Below, piece after piece: positions 43,644-60,516 of a stretch of 64,000 bases of DNA. The DNA comes from Escherichia phage CMSTMSU. The position numbers and the translations under genes were made by a program. Below the pieces are notes generated by a model, which had not been told where the DNA came from, searched no databases, and saw only the letters and a list, made by a program, of their open reading frames with translations. The stretch is taken from sequence record MH494197.1; one strand, 5' to 3'. Every line of letters starts with the position of its first letter. The first letter of the stretch is position 1.

Positions 43644-44687
43644 TTACTTACCTTGTTGTTTCAAACGAGCAACTAGTGCAGATGCAGAAAGTTGTTCTTT
43701 TGGAGCTTCAGCTACTGGTGCTGGTGCAGCAGCTACTGGTTCAGCAGCAGGAGTAGGAGTAGCTACTGGTGCTTGCGGTGCAGGAGTTTGTGCAGGAGCA
43801 GGTTGTTGTACTGGAGCTTGTGGAGCAGGTTTGTTTTCACTAATAGTACCAGTTGTTGGTTTTGTACACCTGCTGGACGGTAAGCGAAAGCCCAACGTGC
43901 AGGGTCATAAGGTTTACCATCAACAGATGCTTCGAACATTTCTTCGATAGCTTTTAGTTCTTCTGAGTTGGTTGTTTTGGCATAAAATCATTTAGATTAT
44001 ATAGACCAAACTTTTCAATCGCTGCCAGTTCTTCTTCATTGAGTGGACGCTCTGACATGGAGAATTGAGACATGTCATAGCTATTGTAACCACCACCATT
44101 CTTAGTTTTAACAATACCAAAGTCACGACCGTGAATGTAGTGAGTTGGTAGTTCTTTGATGCCCGGTTTAGCAGGATAGATTTAACTTTATCAAAGATAT
44201 CTTTGTTAGCTAGGATACGACGGATTGGGTTTTCTGGAGCAATATCGTCTTTTACTGCTACGCTATCAGAGCAACGAAACATTGCATTAGATAGGTTTTC
44301 TTTTCCAGTAACGACCAGCCATTGCTTTCAGTTCTTCGTTTCCAGTTTCATTCGCACTTTGGAACCATTGACGTACTTCTTTAAGAATTGGACATGATTT
44401 AGGAACCCACATTTCGTTACATGGTACTTGAACGGTAACTTTATCGGTGTGCATACCAACAATACCTTGGAACGTTAGGTTGATCATATCACGTTCACGC
44501 CAGAAGAATGGGTTAGACTCATCAGCATCTGGTAGAAAACGTAGGTTTAGTGGTTCATTGTAAGGGACATTCCAGAAAGCTAGGAAAGAATCGGCTTTAC
44601 GTTCACCTGTAAATGTACCATTCTTCTGTGCTTCTGCTTTTCTTGTTCAGCTTTTAGTTTTGCACGAATTTCAGCTAGAGTTTGCAT
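43644..44687 (-). CDS. gp32: single-stranded DNA-binding protein (T4 gp32-like), frameshifted
   Basis: FLAFWNVPYNEPLNLRFLPDADESNPFFW core; Pro/Ala-rich C-terminal repeat PAPQAPVQQPAPAQTPAPQAPV. Confidence 0.75.
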
Positions 44688-44841
44688 ATTGGGCTTCCTT
44701 GTCATTAGTTTGTTTGTTAAGTTTTAACGGGCTATTAACGTTGATTTGTCTTCATTGACTCATCAACAATTTACATTATATCATGGGATTTTTAACCGTC
44801 CCAAGGTTTTTTACTCTGTTTGTCAAGGCTCATTGCCCTGA

Positions 44842-50045
<5,204 letters not shown>

Positions 50046-50076
50046 TTATAGCACATCTTTAATCACTTTCCCAGAT

Positions 50077-50152
50077 TTGATAAATAATATCATAGAGATC
50101 AGGGAATATTGCCTTAAATTTAAATGTGGTTTATATTTTTGATAAATAATAT
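50077..50152. promoter_or_regulatory. divergent promoter region with two copies of TTGATAAATAATAT
   Basis: exact 14-nt direct repeat at 50077-50090 and 50139-50152, the second 44 nt upstream of the ATG at 50196. Confidence 0.35.
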
Positions 50153-50195
50153 TAAGCAGGGTGTTCCTGCACAAAATTTGACAAGGAGATTTTTA

Positions 50196-50792
50196 TGAGT
50201 CTTAATTCTTTTAACCGTAACTATGGTATGTCTGCTACTGCTCGTGAATACTGGGTGGTAACAATGGTTTCGTAACCATCGTTGTTGATCTACCAGCAGA
50301 TGTTGAAGTTGGTACTACCGCTGTTACTTCTGACGGTTCCGAAATTCAAGATGAAGCACTACAAACTGCAATCAGCAATGCTCAATACAACCAATTCATG
50401 ATTACCCAACTACTACAACAACGTGCAGTACTAGTTACTACTTCCGTACTAGCTCTAGACACCGCTGTTGTTATCCCTGCTGACTTTAAAACCGTTGGTG
50501 GTAACGTAATCGCGTTTGGTACTAGTGGTGCTGATGTTGCAGGTGGTGCTGGTTCTGTTGCTCTAACCTTCATCTGTGAACGTCAAGACGTATTTGACAA
50601 ACAAGAAGTTCGCCCGTGCTGCTTACTCTGTTCCAGTTGATCCAACTGTTGAACTAGCTAAAGCTATTGCACAAGCTAAATTCTTCCGTACCAAATCTTA
50701 TGTTGCTCTAGGTACTGATGGTGTTGGTGATGCTGCTGCCGCTGACGCTGTTGCAATTAAAGTTCGTGCTGCTCTACCAGTACAACTATAAT
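50196..50792 (+). CDS. probable abundant late protein, paralog A (unknown function), frameshifted
   Basis: AAGGAGA RBS 7 nt upstream of ATG; gct/cgt/act/cta codon usage matches the capsid gene; LLQQRAVLVTTSVLALDT...FICERQDVFDK. Confidence 0.5.
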
Positions 50793-50805
50793 AGGGGACT
50801 ACAAT

Positions 50806-51494
50806 ATGTCTAATACTAATACTTCTTTGAACGTATCAATGGTTATTCCTTTGATAAAATTCTAGGTTACTTCTGTGGCAAAAACGCCCTAGCATCTATC
50901 GCAATTAGTAAAATTGGTAATGTTAACGTGCGTGTTACTGGTGCAGTTGGTTCTTTCGCTGGTCTACAACGTTTCCTAAACACTGACGTAGCTGATGAAA
51001 TCGTTGCATATCTAAACGAAAAAGGTATCATCCGTATCGATGGTACTCCATTTGAAGCAGCAACTCTAGAAGCTGATTATAACGCTGCTTACGCTGCACA
51101 AACTAACGTTAAACGTATCGTTGATGTTGTTCAACAACGTGCAGTTATCATCGCTACTTCCGAAATCGCTGGCAACGACGCTGAACCATTTGCAGTTACT
51201 GGTTTTACCAACGCTGCTGACGGTATCCTAAGTGTTGGTGCTGTTGATATCGCTAGTGCTTCAGTAGTTACTTTCCTCGTTGAACGTGCTAACGTATTTG
51301 ATAAAGATATTCAATCTTTCCAAGGCGTTCCAAGTACTGAAATCGAAGAAGGCCGTCTACTAATCGATGACCTAACCGCAGTTCCACTACTTGCTAATGA
51401 TGGTGTTACTGAAGTTGTTCTACGTTCCCAAGCTGCTGATGCTGCGGGTGACTTCGGTATCAAACTATTCAAATTCATCCCAGCGATGGTTTAA
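50806..51494 (+). CDS. probable abundant late protein, paralog B, frameshifted
   Basis: ORF 50928..51494 plus N-terminal MSNTNTSLNV; VVQQRAVIIATSEIAGND...FLVERANVFDK parallels paralog A. Confidence 0.5.
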
Positions 51495-51511
51495 TAAATT
51501 AAAGATAAAAG

Positions 51512-51540
51512 AAAAGGAGAGCTTTTGCTCTCCTTTTTAT
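51512..51540. terminator. strong bidirectional rho-independent terminator
   Basis: AGGAGAGC-TTTT-GCTCTCCT hairpin flanked by A-run and T-run, between convergent genes. Confidence 0.75.
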
Positions 51541-51689
51541 TTGTATGAACGAAACCCTTCAGGTAAACCGTAGATTCTCTAACCCTTCGTTCGCATTCAC
51601 TAGCTTTACGTCATAATCATCACTGAAATCATCCGTAGCTAGTTTACGCCCCATGTCTCTAACGAAGTTGTCAATAATTTCTTCTTCGT

Positions 51690-52250
51690 CATTGCGGATG
51701 ACCTTCCGCTTTTAACTTTTTCCAAAAGTATTCATTATAATCAAAACAAATTCAACTTCATTTGTTTCTGGATTAAGTACTACATCCAAATCAATCCAAG
51801 GTTCTTTACGTAAAGTAAAGATTTCCTTTGAATACTCTTGTTGTGTAATCTCTTCATAACGATATGCAAACTCGATAGCTTTAAGACGTTTGTCATCACC
51901 ATCAGGCATTAGTTCGATTACTTCCATATCATACTCTTTTGAGTAATTGCACCAGTACTTAATTTAGCATCAAGTAATTTTACATTATACTCATCACGGG
52001 TAATCTTGGAATACTTCAATTGTACATCTGCCTGTGCTATTAGATAATCAAGAGTTTCTAATACATTGTATTTCTTTTGATATCCAACTGTGCTATATCA
52101 ACTTCATATGGTGTTAGATATGTAAGTTCTGCAACTAACATATCAGCTTCATAATCATCGTTATAGTAGTATGCTTTCGCAATCTCTTTCGCTTTACCAG
52201 AAAGTCCCCAGTGAGCGGGACCATCCAGAAAGGAATAAACCTTTTTTAGC
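51690..52250 (-). CDS. hypothetical protein, frameshifted
   Basis: ORF 51712..51927 plus upstream frame MAKKVYSFLDGPAHWGLSGKAKEI. Confidence 0.25.
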
Positions 52251-52261
52251 CATTTGATTTC

Positions 52262-52547
52262 TTACCAAAATTTCTTCAATTTTCATCACATAATATGTGT
52301 CTTCACCACCACCAAGATCTTCAGTGATAGGAGTGTTTAGTGATGAACGACCAAATACAACCATATCACCAACACAAATATTATGTTCTGCAATTTGTCC
52401 ATTAGGTAGTACTTTACCTTCACCAACTGAAATCACCATACCAACACATGGTGGTTCAACGTTTCCTAGGATAATACCACCAGTACTTTTGTTCTGTGCT
52501 TCAATTTGACGAACCAGTACATAATCGTTAATCATTTTAATTTTCAT
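52262..52547 (-). CDS. groES: GroES-like co-chaperonin (Cpn10)
   Basis: MKIKMINDYVLVRQIEAQNKSTGGIILGN...VGDMVVFGRSS..YYVMKIEEIL; the listed ORF 52194..52631 has extra N- and C-terminal residues. Confidence 0.6.
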
Positions 52548-52785
52548 ATCAGTAACCTCCAGTGTTTGCAAACCATTTACCACGGAAATAAAGATTAGCA
52601 CCTTTATCACGGGTAAAACTTCCAACTTCATAGTCTTCTCACCATTACATTGTGGACAATCATGAGGTTCTTCACGATTGGCAATTTTACAATCTTTTCT
52701 AAACTGTGTTTACATTCTTCTTTTCACAACGATATGTATATAATGGCATTTTTGTCTTCCTTTACTTATTTTTAAATCAAAATTT

Positions 52786-52817
52786 GGGGAACTCCATGTT
52801 CCCCATTATTTATATTA
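52786..52817 (-). repeat. repeated intergenic element, copy 2: TATAAATA box plus GGGGAAC/GTTCCCC hairpin
   Basis: minus-strand sequence ATATAAATAATGGGGAACATGGAGTTCCCC, near-identical to 10134-10165. Confidence 0.6.
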
Positions 52818-53544
52818 GCAACCAGTTACGTAAATCTTGTATACTGCAATACCAGTGTCTAGAGTTACGTTTAGCATACCAGTTTTGGTAATACCTAGGG
52901 TAACAGATTCTGCGTTAGAAACGCGGGATAGAGCTTGTAGAACACGGTCAATGTTATAACCAAAACCAAGACCTAGTTCACCTTCAGTTTTAGAGAATGC
53001 TAGTGCACCAACGTGGTTACTTTTGTTCTTCTCACCAACGTGGAAGTAAAGAGTATCACCTTCAGTGTATGGAGTTACTAGAGAACTGAAAGATTTAAAC
53101 ACACCAGAGAAGCTTTTAGTTCCTGAACTTTAGCTGCACTAGGTGTAACCTGTACGTCATATGGTTGTTCGTGGAAACGAGGCTGGGCTGGAATTAGTTT
53201 TTCTGGTTGAACCATGAAAGTAGTGCTTGCATCTTCTGCTTTGAATGCTAGGCTCTTAACTGCACCATCTTTCAAATTAGAAGTGATAGTAGTTCCTTCA
53301 GTACTGTAAGTTTTAGAGACATTAGACCCTGTAGAAGACCTAGGTTACCAAGACCAAAACGACCTTGAACTTCTGGTACGTCTTCTTTAGTGTGAGCACG
53401 CATAACTAGGGTGCGGTCATCGGTGTATGCTTCCATGTAAACACGCTGTCCATCACCACGGTCTTCACTGCTAACTGCGATACAAGAAAAGTCGATGCCG
53501 TTGGTAGTGTTAACTAGGTCACGTAGTACGTTGCGTAGATCCAT
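52815..53544 (-). CDS. probable sliding clamp (T4 gp45-like), frameshifted
   Basis: about 240 aa in three fragments; N-terminal LRDLVNTTNGI resembles T4 gp45 LKNFATINSGI; size and location next to DNA polymerase fit. Confidence 0.4.
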
Positions 53545-53645
53545 TATATAATTCTCCGTTTTATTTGTTAATCAAAAATGTTTTGTATGCTTCAGATTAC
53601 TACAAGCACCATTATATCTCGTGAATGATGCTTGTCTCATTTTTA

Positions 53646-54089
53646 TCAGTATTTTGTGTTCCAACGTTTAAGGTACGGCTTATCAGCGTTTGCACCTGCA
53701 CCAATGTTGAATTTGTAACGTAGATGTTCTAAGTCTTTTAACGTGTTAACATCTTCAACAATGACAACTTTGCGTTTCTTTTCAATAGAATAGACGTCAA
53801 CAATCTCACCGTCGATTTCAACAGAACCAGTTCTGGTGAAACCAGCAGACATTAGAACAACTTCATCATCATTATTGTATGCAAGTACTGAATTTACGAT
53901 AGTACTATCTTCCAGTACTGCACCAACACGCTTATAGATATTTTCCATATTACTCTCCTTGGGATGCACTCCATAAAACGTACTGTTCCACGCCTCGTTA
54001 ACACTGTCCTCAGACAGTGCTAGTGATTCATCAGAGAATACGTCATTTACTTCGTCATATTTTAGTTTAGTTTCGTCTGCAATAATCAT
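53646..54089 (-). CDS. hypothetical protein (147 aa)
   Basis: intact ORF, ATGA overlap with the polymerase end. Confidence 0.4.
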   Translation of the reverse strand: MIIADETKLKYDEVNDVFSDESLALSEDSVNEAWNSTFYGVHPKESNMENIYKRVGAVLEDSTIVNSVLAYNNDDEVVLMSAGFTRTGSVEIDGEIVDVYSIEKKRKVVIVEDVNTLKDLEHLRYKFNIGAGANADKPYLKRWNTKY

Positions 54090-57000
54090 AATATTTTCCT
54101 TACGGTGAAGAATCCGTTATTAACGGCTGCTGTACTTTTCTCATGAATACCAATATCCATATCCAGAATACCAAAAATGTTTTCTAATTTTTAGTTAGAA
54201 CTATTTCTTCCATTTTCTCTGTATCAAATGGTAGTTCTAGGAACCATTCAGGTAGATATTCCACACAGTCAATTGGATAACCTACTGCTTTGATACCCAT
54301 CGGGTTATCTTTTAAGTTACATACAATTACTTTTGTACCGTCAGTTACTTCAGGTACAGTTTTGTCATCATATACTTCACGTAGACGGTTCCATTGAATA
54401 CCTGCTAATACATGACCAACTTTACATTTACCAGAAACTTCATATTCTGCTTCTAAGTTGGTATAGTTCTTAACAGTTTTCGGTGAACCTTTTTCGTGTA
54501 CTGGCATGTCTTTAAATACCTCTTTAAAGTCACGTACACGCTGTTTAAGTTGAGCTTCAGACTCACCCACCAGCAATGCAATTAGAGTCTCTTCTAGGAA
54601 GTTCTGGATGTATTTTGGCGTGTCTGAACGTTTAATTTCAAGACCCATCGCTTTAATTTCACCGGCTTACCATCAACATCTTTACGGAAACCATCTTCCC
54701 AGTACTTGAGAATTGCATAACGCTTTTCTTCAGGAATAGACCACGGAACCGACCATCTCTAAGTCTGCACCAACAATCTTACCTTTCTCAATACCAGTAT
54801 TGAACATTTCGTTCATGAATGAAGGGAATGATTCGCCAACTTCATCACCGATTTTGATATACATGTCAACGATTTCTTCTTTAGAAAGATTATATGGAAT
54901 ACCTTGTTCTTTCAGGTAATGAGTTACACTGAAGTAAACGGAGTCAGTATCACCGTAAATCACAGAGCCACCTTGATGATTATAAACACCAGTAGTGATT
55001 TCATTGATACGGCTTGCCATATGTTTAGTCATAGAACGACCAGTTAAGGTAACGGACTGACCTAAACGCTTATCAAAGAAACGTGAACCTTTGTTCAATA
55101 GTGCACCATATAGACTGTTTAGAAGAATCTTACGAATTTGCTGGTTCTGTTTCCAGAATGCACTTTGCTGTTTGAAGTAATTCTTATCTTCCGGTGCACA
55201 GAAAATACGACCATCTTTCAGTACTAAACCATTTTCCACAATGAGTTTTGCAACTTCTTCCCATTGACCTTTACCAATAGCAATACGTAATAGATAAACA
55301 GGATCATTGTCATGTAAGTTTGTACGGAACATTGTACCACTTGTGTAGTTAGATAGCAAAGGTTCAACCTTCTCAGAACCATTGAATTCCCACCCATCAC
55401 TGTACATGTGTTTGTAGTCGATTACCATTTTTGTTGTGCTTTACGCTCAGAATACCATTGAGTAAGAATATCTGGAATTACACCATACTTAGACTTATCA
55501 AAAAGTGTTCCGTTAGCACTTAGTACAATAGTACTGTCTTCAGCAAAGATAATATCATACAATTCTTTACCAGTTGCATTGAACGAACTACCATCTTCTA
55601 AATCAACAATCAAAGTTTTGTCAGATTTTTCATGAACCATTGTAAATTCTACAGCAGCAAATAAACCATGCCATGCTGCGGTCCAATCAGGTTCAAACGC
55701 TTTAGATTTGGATTTAGCTTTTTGTTCTTGTACTTTAGCAGCAAGATATGCATCAGTGTAGTCTTGACGAAGTTGTCCAAGAATACATTCAGTACTCATG
55801 CCAAGTGTACGTAGTACAGTTGGATACAATGAGTTAAAGTCTGTACATCCCAAATCGCTAACAAGGCCAAGAACTGGATCTTGAACCCATGCACCAGCAG
55901 CTTTTGCACTGATTTTCTCATCTTCTTCATCACCTTCTTCACCATAGTACTCCATCTCTGGATCTAACTCAAAATCATCCTTCGGTGCTTTGTTAAAACA
56001 ACTTCACCGCGTGAGTGAGCGAGGTTGATAATAGCAGTGTCGATTAGTGCAACAGAACCCATTGTGGTACTAATTAGTACACATTCTTTATGAGCAAGAC
56101 GGTTATGCAGGTTGATAAAGTCACATTTAGCATCAATTTTCTTTAGAAGAATACTATCCTGCTTAGAATAACGCAAGAATGTAATGTAATCTTCTCGGTA
56201 TAATTTATCCAATGAACCTTCATAGGATACTTTGTTTTCTTTAGTTACTTTTTCAGCAATATAATCTAGTTTGTACGACTGTTCAACTTGACCAGCATGT
56301 TTCTTATAAAGAGCAAGATAGTCTAAGTGTACGCGACCAATAAGATCATACGTTACTACAGTTTTACCAAAGTTATCAGCTTCACGAGCATTTGGTTTTT
56401 ATTCCACAAGCACCAACGAGCAGTAGTTGCTTCATTGAAGATTTTCTTGGTACGGTTTACCATATATGGAATATCAAAGAATTCACTGTTCCAACCTGAA
56501 ATTACATCAGAGTCATCGATTAGACTAAAGAACTCCATAAACATTTCTTTCTCATCCGTATAAAGGATGACAGTACTGTTAGGTCGTTAGTTTCTTCGTT
56601 TAACTGACGAACAATATCTTGTGCTTCGTACATTTCCATATCAGTTGGTGGTAAAGTCAGTACATAATCCTTACCAGTCCATGATTGATATAGAGAAATT
56701 GCAGTTACACGGTTGAATGGATCTGATGGTGGAGCATAACCAAACTTCTTATGGAAGTCGGTTTCGATATCGAAAAATGCTACGTTCAAATCCGGCGAAC
56801 CTTTACCCATGTATTCTCTAGCCAACGTTTTGAAGGTAATGTTGCAATCACTTTCAAAAATACGTAGACCTTCATTTTTATGTTGCTCAACGCTTTTATT
56901 CATCTGTGATTGAGTTTCAAACTCCAAATGCTTTGCGTTGGTTCCATAAATTGTTTTGTGTTCACCAGTAGGAGATTCAACATAATATTCATATACTGGG

Positions 57001-57094
57001 TCCAACTGACGTAGAATACGTTTACCGTTTTACGTTCTGCTACGTGCAAAATATCACCAGTACGTTTACGTTCCATATAAGCATCGATATACAT
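54086..57094 (-). CDS. gp43: DNA polymerase (family B, T4 gp43-like), at least five frameshifts
   Basis: exo motif FFDIETD, motif A DFNSLYPTV, motif B KILLNSLYGAL, motif C IYGDTDSVYF, KRSDTPKY, C-terminal NIFGILDMDI clamp-binding-like tail. Confidence 0.9.
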
Positions 57095-57178
57095 CGTTTG
57101 TATTCCTTTACGTTTATTAAGTTAAAAATAAAGCCCCATTCATTGGAGGCTATAAAGTTTAGTTTTAGTACTTATTAG

Positions 57179-57477
57179 TAATCGTCATCTGCTTGTGGCA
57201 AATTGTTAGTAACACTTAGGATAGTTTCGATGTTATCGAGTTTGTTTTGTTTGTCAAAGTAATCGCCTTTGTAGATACGTTGAGCGGCTTGTTTGATATC
57301 GGATGCATCAATACCTAGTTCATCAGAGATGGAACTAATGAAATCTGCATAGGATGCTTTGGTGTCGTCAATAAAAGTAAGTTGTACTACTGCGTTGTTT
57401 AGTGCATCACCTAGACGTTTACGTTGTTCATCATTTAGGTCACGAATTTCAACTTTAACTTCTTTTTAGCTTTTGCC
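57179..57477 (-). CDS. hypothetical small protein, frameshift near start
   Basis: MAKAKKEVKVEIRDLNDEQRKRLGD.. recovered by a 1-nt shift in an A-run. Confidence 0.35.
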
Positions 57478-57659
57478 ATTTGTTTGCTTCTCCATGTGTT
57501 TTGAAAAAATGTCATCTCACAACCGCTGTAAGATGACTACATTGTATCACTACTTACGATTTTGTTCCAAAAACTTTTAAACAGGTTTAACAGGGAACGA
57601 AAACTTCTTCTTACTAAATTCAGATGTTGTTAGAGATGATAGCTCAAGAACATATGCTT

Positions 57660-58022
57660 TCAACTTAGAAACAGTTCTATTTCATAATCAGTTGCTACCT
57701 CAAGATCTATCGCCATCTTAATGTTATTCAACTCATTAATTGCTACGGTTCTTAATTCTTGGTGCTCAGATGATAGACGTTTGATCTTTTCATCAGTAGA
57801 TTCAACATAATCAGAAATTTTACTTCCATCATAGATTTTACCAACTACTTCATCTTCATCTCCATCATGCTCCAACTCAGAAACACTGTATCCATACGGT
57901 ACTAACAATGTTACATCATATGATGCTTGTGCAATATATCCATCGTCAGAGTACTGAACTTTTAAAGTATCTTGTCTGAATTCGCTTTGACAATCATACC
58001 AGTCAATACCCTCATCTGACAA
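57660..58022 (-). CDS. hypothetical acidic protein (120 aa)
   Basis: intact ORF immediately downstream of the fibre gene. Confidence 0.4.
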   Translation of the reverse strand: MSDEGIDWYDCQSEFRQDTLKVQYSDDGYIAQASYDVTLLVPYGYSVSELEHDGDEDEVVGKIYDGSKISDYVESTDEKIKRLSSEHQELRTVAINELNNIKMAIDLEVATDYEIELFLS

Positions 58023-58092
58023 TAGATAAAGAACATTATCGCCATGTTTTTTCTACTGGGATATATTTTTGAAATTTTTATACGTTTTCATA

Positions 58093-59717
58093 TTAAGACT
58101 CCACTACTACGTTAGTCCATACACCATTTACTAGTTTTTGTGTATATCTCCAACTCAAACCTTCAACGTGTGTACCTGAACTACCATTTACTGAAATAAA
58201 CAACCCATCCAGTGTAGCACCTTCTGGTACATAGTTCCAAGAAGAATCAGGAACATTTCGCGTAGTTGTTCTTTTACTTAAACGAACATCTTGTACAGCA
58301 CCTAGTGTTAAAGTTACGTTACCGTTTGCATCAGCGTTGTTACCGTTAATAGATCTGACGATGTTTTTACTAGCAACAGTTGCTGTGTTTCCAGAAATAG
58401 ACAATGATGCACCAGTTACTGATGGAGCATAAAGTACACCAGAAGAGTTAATTGTAACTTCAGAACCACCATTACTTCTCAAACGTAATGTATTTGTTGA
58501 TGAACTGTGATAAATTGCTGCACGTTCAGTAGTTCCTGCCGCGTTACGGAAGTAAAGTACCAAAGATGTGTCGTCTGAACGAATTGTTGCACTGTTAGCA
58601 ATACTCAATGAACCAGACATTGTATCACCAGTTTTCAGTACATAACGGGTGTTTGCAACTTTTCACTCAACGCAACGTTGGACTCAGCAATGTTATATAA
58701 GTATGCCACATTGAAGTGTGGTACGTCAATATTACTAATTCCGTGGCTGTGTGCTTGACCACTACCAACAGTGTTCGTAGAGCCACTGAAACTATGCACG
58801 TGATCAGGTGCTTCGTTAATGTTATTAATTACAGTTGGGATTCCGTTGTCGTTACTGGATGTTAACGCATTAAGACCACTTCTGTCCATACCTTTAGTGC
58901 CTGACTATGACCATGACGACCAGCAGCACCAGTAGTTCCACTGAAACTAAATGAGTGCGGTGGAAGTTGAGCAATTGATATAGCAGTGCCACTAATTGAT
59001 GCACTACTTGCAATCACACTATCAGTTTTAGTTACGCCTGATGTGGTAATGCCTTTCAAGTATGCTTCTTGGTTAAGATTTGGAACTTGTTTTGTGATTG
59101 TACCATTTTCACCAGCCCATGTCCACCACATTCCATCAGCAAAACACCAACCATCAGAAGTTTTCCACGGAGAACCTTGTGAACCATTACGACCACTTTG
59201 ACCATTAGTTACACCAGACATCTGTTCACGAATACTAGCAACAGTTTGTCCAGAAGTCAATGAGTACTGGTAATTGCACGGGCTTCATTGAAGTATAAAG
59301 ACCTGTTGGGCCAGTACCGCTACTTGATGGAATAGGGAATACGATATTTAAATTCGTACCACTAATGCTCGCACTTGGAACAGCACTACTACTATATGTT
59401 ACTGTTTCAACTTTTAAATTCAGTTTACGGTTCACTTCATCGAGTGAAATACGGATTGGTTCAAGAATTGTATCAGTATCATATACTGCAATCCAACTTG
59501 TACCGTTGTGGTATTTTAACACCAACTCATTTCTATCAAATACCATCGCACCTTGCTCACCTGCTGGCAATGCCTGTACTGGTAAAATGACAGAAGATGA
59601 ATTAAAACGAATAGGTCTTGGATTAGTTGGTGTACCACCAAGCACTATTAGTTCTAAAGATCCATTAGCACCAGTACTAGTCATAGTATCCAGTGGGTTA
59701 TTAAAACTTATGCTCAT
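58093..59717 (-). CDS. tail fibre protein (T4 gp12-like, collar-type His-rich motifs), frameshifted
   Basis: LPPHSFSFSGTTGAAGRHGHSQ and HVHSFSGSTNTVGSGQAHSHG repeats, RYVLKTGDTMSGSL fibre motif; four fragments. Confidence 0.55.
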
Positions 59718-59758
59718 GTATAAATCCCTTTAATGATTAATATATACTATATTTATTA

Positions 59759-60082
59759 CTATAGCAAGTCGTTTTCCATATCGTCAAGAACAGAATCAAC
59801 GATGTTCGCTGCTATCTTCTTAGGCATCTTGAACCACTCGGTGTTAGGTTGCCTTACTGCGTTCATTTGTTTTAGTCTTTTGTGAATTTCTTTCTCTGCT
59901 AAACGTGCATCTTCAAAGTGTACTTCATGGTATACCACAAAATCTCTAAAAGGTGTAGCAGTTTGATATGTCCTTAAACGCTCTGTCATTTCAGATTTAC
60001 TGGTAAATCCTATCTTAACATAATCAGGCCATGCATCATTTACTATAACATAACATATCTGTGACATAGAAAATATCTCCAT
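59759..60082 (-). CDS. T5orf172-domain protein (GIY-YIG-like)
   Basis: CYVIVNDAWPDYVKIGFTS...RLRTYQTATPF...EWFKMP is the typical T5orf172 pattern. Confidence 0.55.
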   Translation of the reverse strand: MEIFSMSQICYVIVNDAWPDYVKIGFTSKSEMTERLRTYQTATPFRDFVVYHEVHFEDARLAEKEIHKRLKQMNAVRQPNTEWFKMPKKIAANIVDSVLDDMENDLL

Positions 60083-60134
60083 CAGTAATATGAAGATATT
60101 TATTAATCAAGTAATTCGGAAATTTACCCCAGCA

Positions 60135-60341
60135 TCAATTAGGCGTTGGAATGGGTTTGTGGCTCGAATTCAGAAGGAGTTTTGAAATGTTCAGTACTGG
60201 AGCATCAGCATGTAACTTTGACATACGTTCTTTGTACTTATCTAAGTATTCTTCATATAACATATCTTCAGTGTTACTATTAAGTATGTCTTCGATAAAT
60301 GAATCAATACTATAGTCCAGTCTATCATCATTATAATACAA
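60135..60341 (-). CDS. hypothetical small protein
   Basis: ORF only. Confidence 0.3.
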   Translation of the reverse strand: MYYNDDRLDYSIDSFIEDILNSNTEDMLYEEYLDKYKERMSKLHADAPVLNISKLLLNSSHKPIPTPN

Positions 60342-60499
60342 AGTTTCACTAGCTTCATCATAACCAACTAAAGTTCCGTATGGAACATTAATCTCAATTT
60401 TGAGTACTGACTCTTTAAGTACTCTTCTTTCTTAAAATGTATACAGTTAACATTGGTATCCTCCATAGTTTTATGTATTTAGAATTTTAGTCAAAGAAA

Positions 60500-60516
60500 A
60501 GGACTCGAAGAGTCCC
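60500..60516 (-). terminator. rho-independent terminator after the capsid gene
   Basis: GGACTC-GAA-GAGTCC hairpin followed on the minus strand by TTTTCTTTG. Confidence 0.5.

Noticed and set aside
43690-43860. Possible CRISPR or other repeat array
   Set aside because: The repeats are short, in-frame codon repeats inside the SSB gene with no spacer structure; no CRISPR array found anywhere in the window.
43621-43950. Cys/Gly/Ala-rich plus-strand ORFs (43621..43950, 43692..43883)
   Set aside because: They are the antisense reading of the low-complexity Pro/Ala repeat at the gp32 C-terminus.
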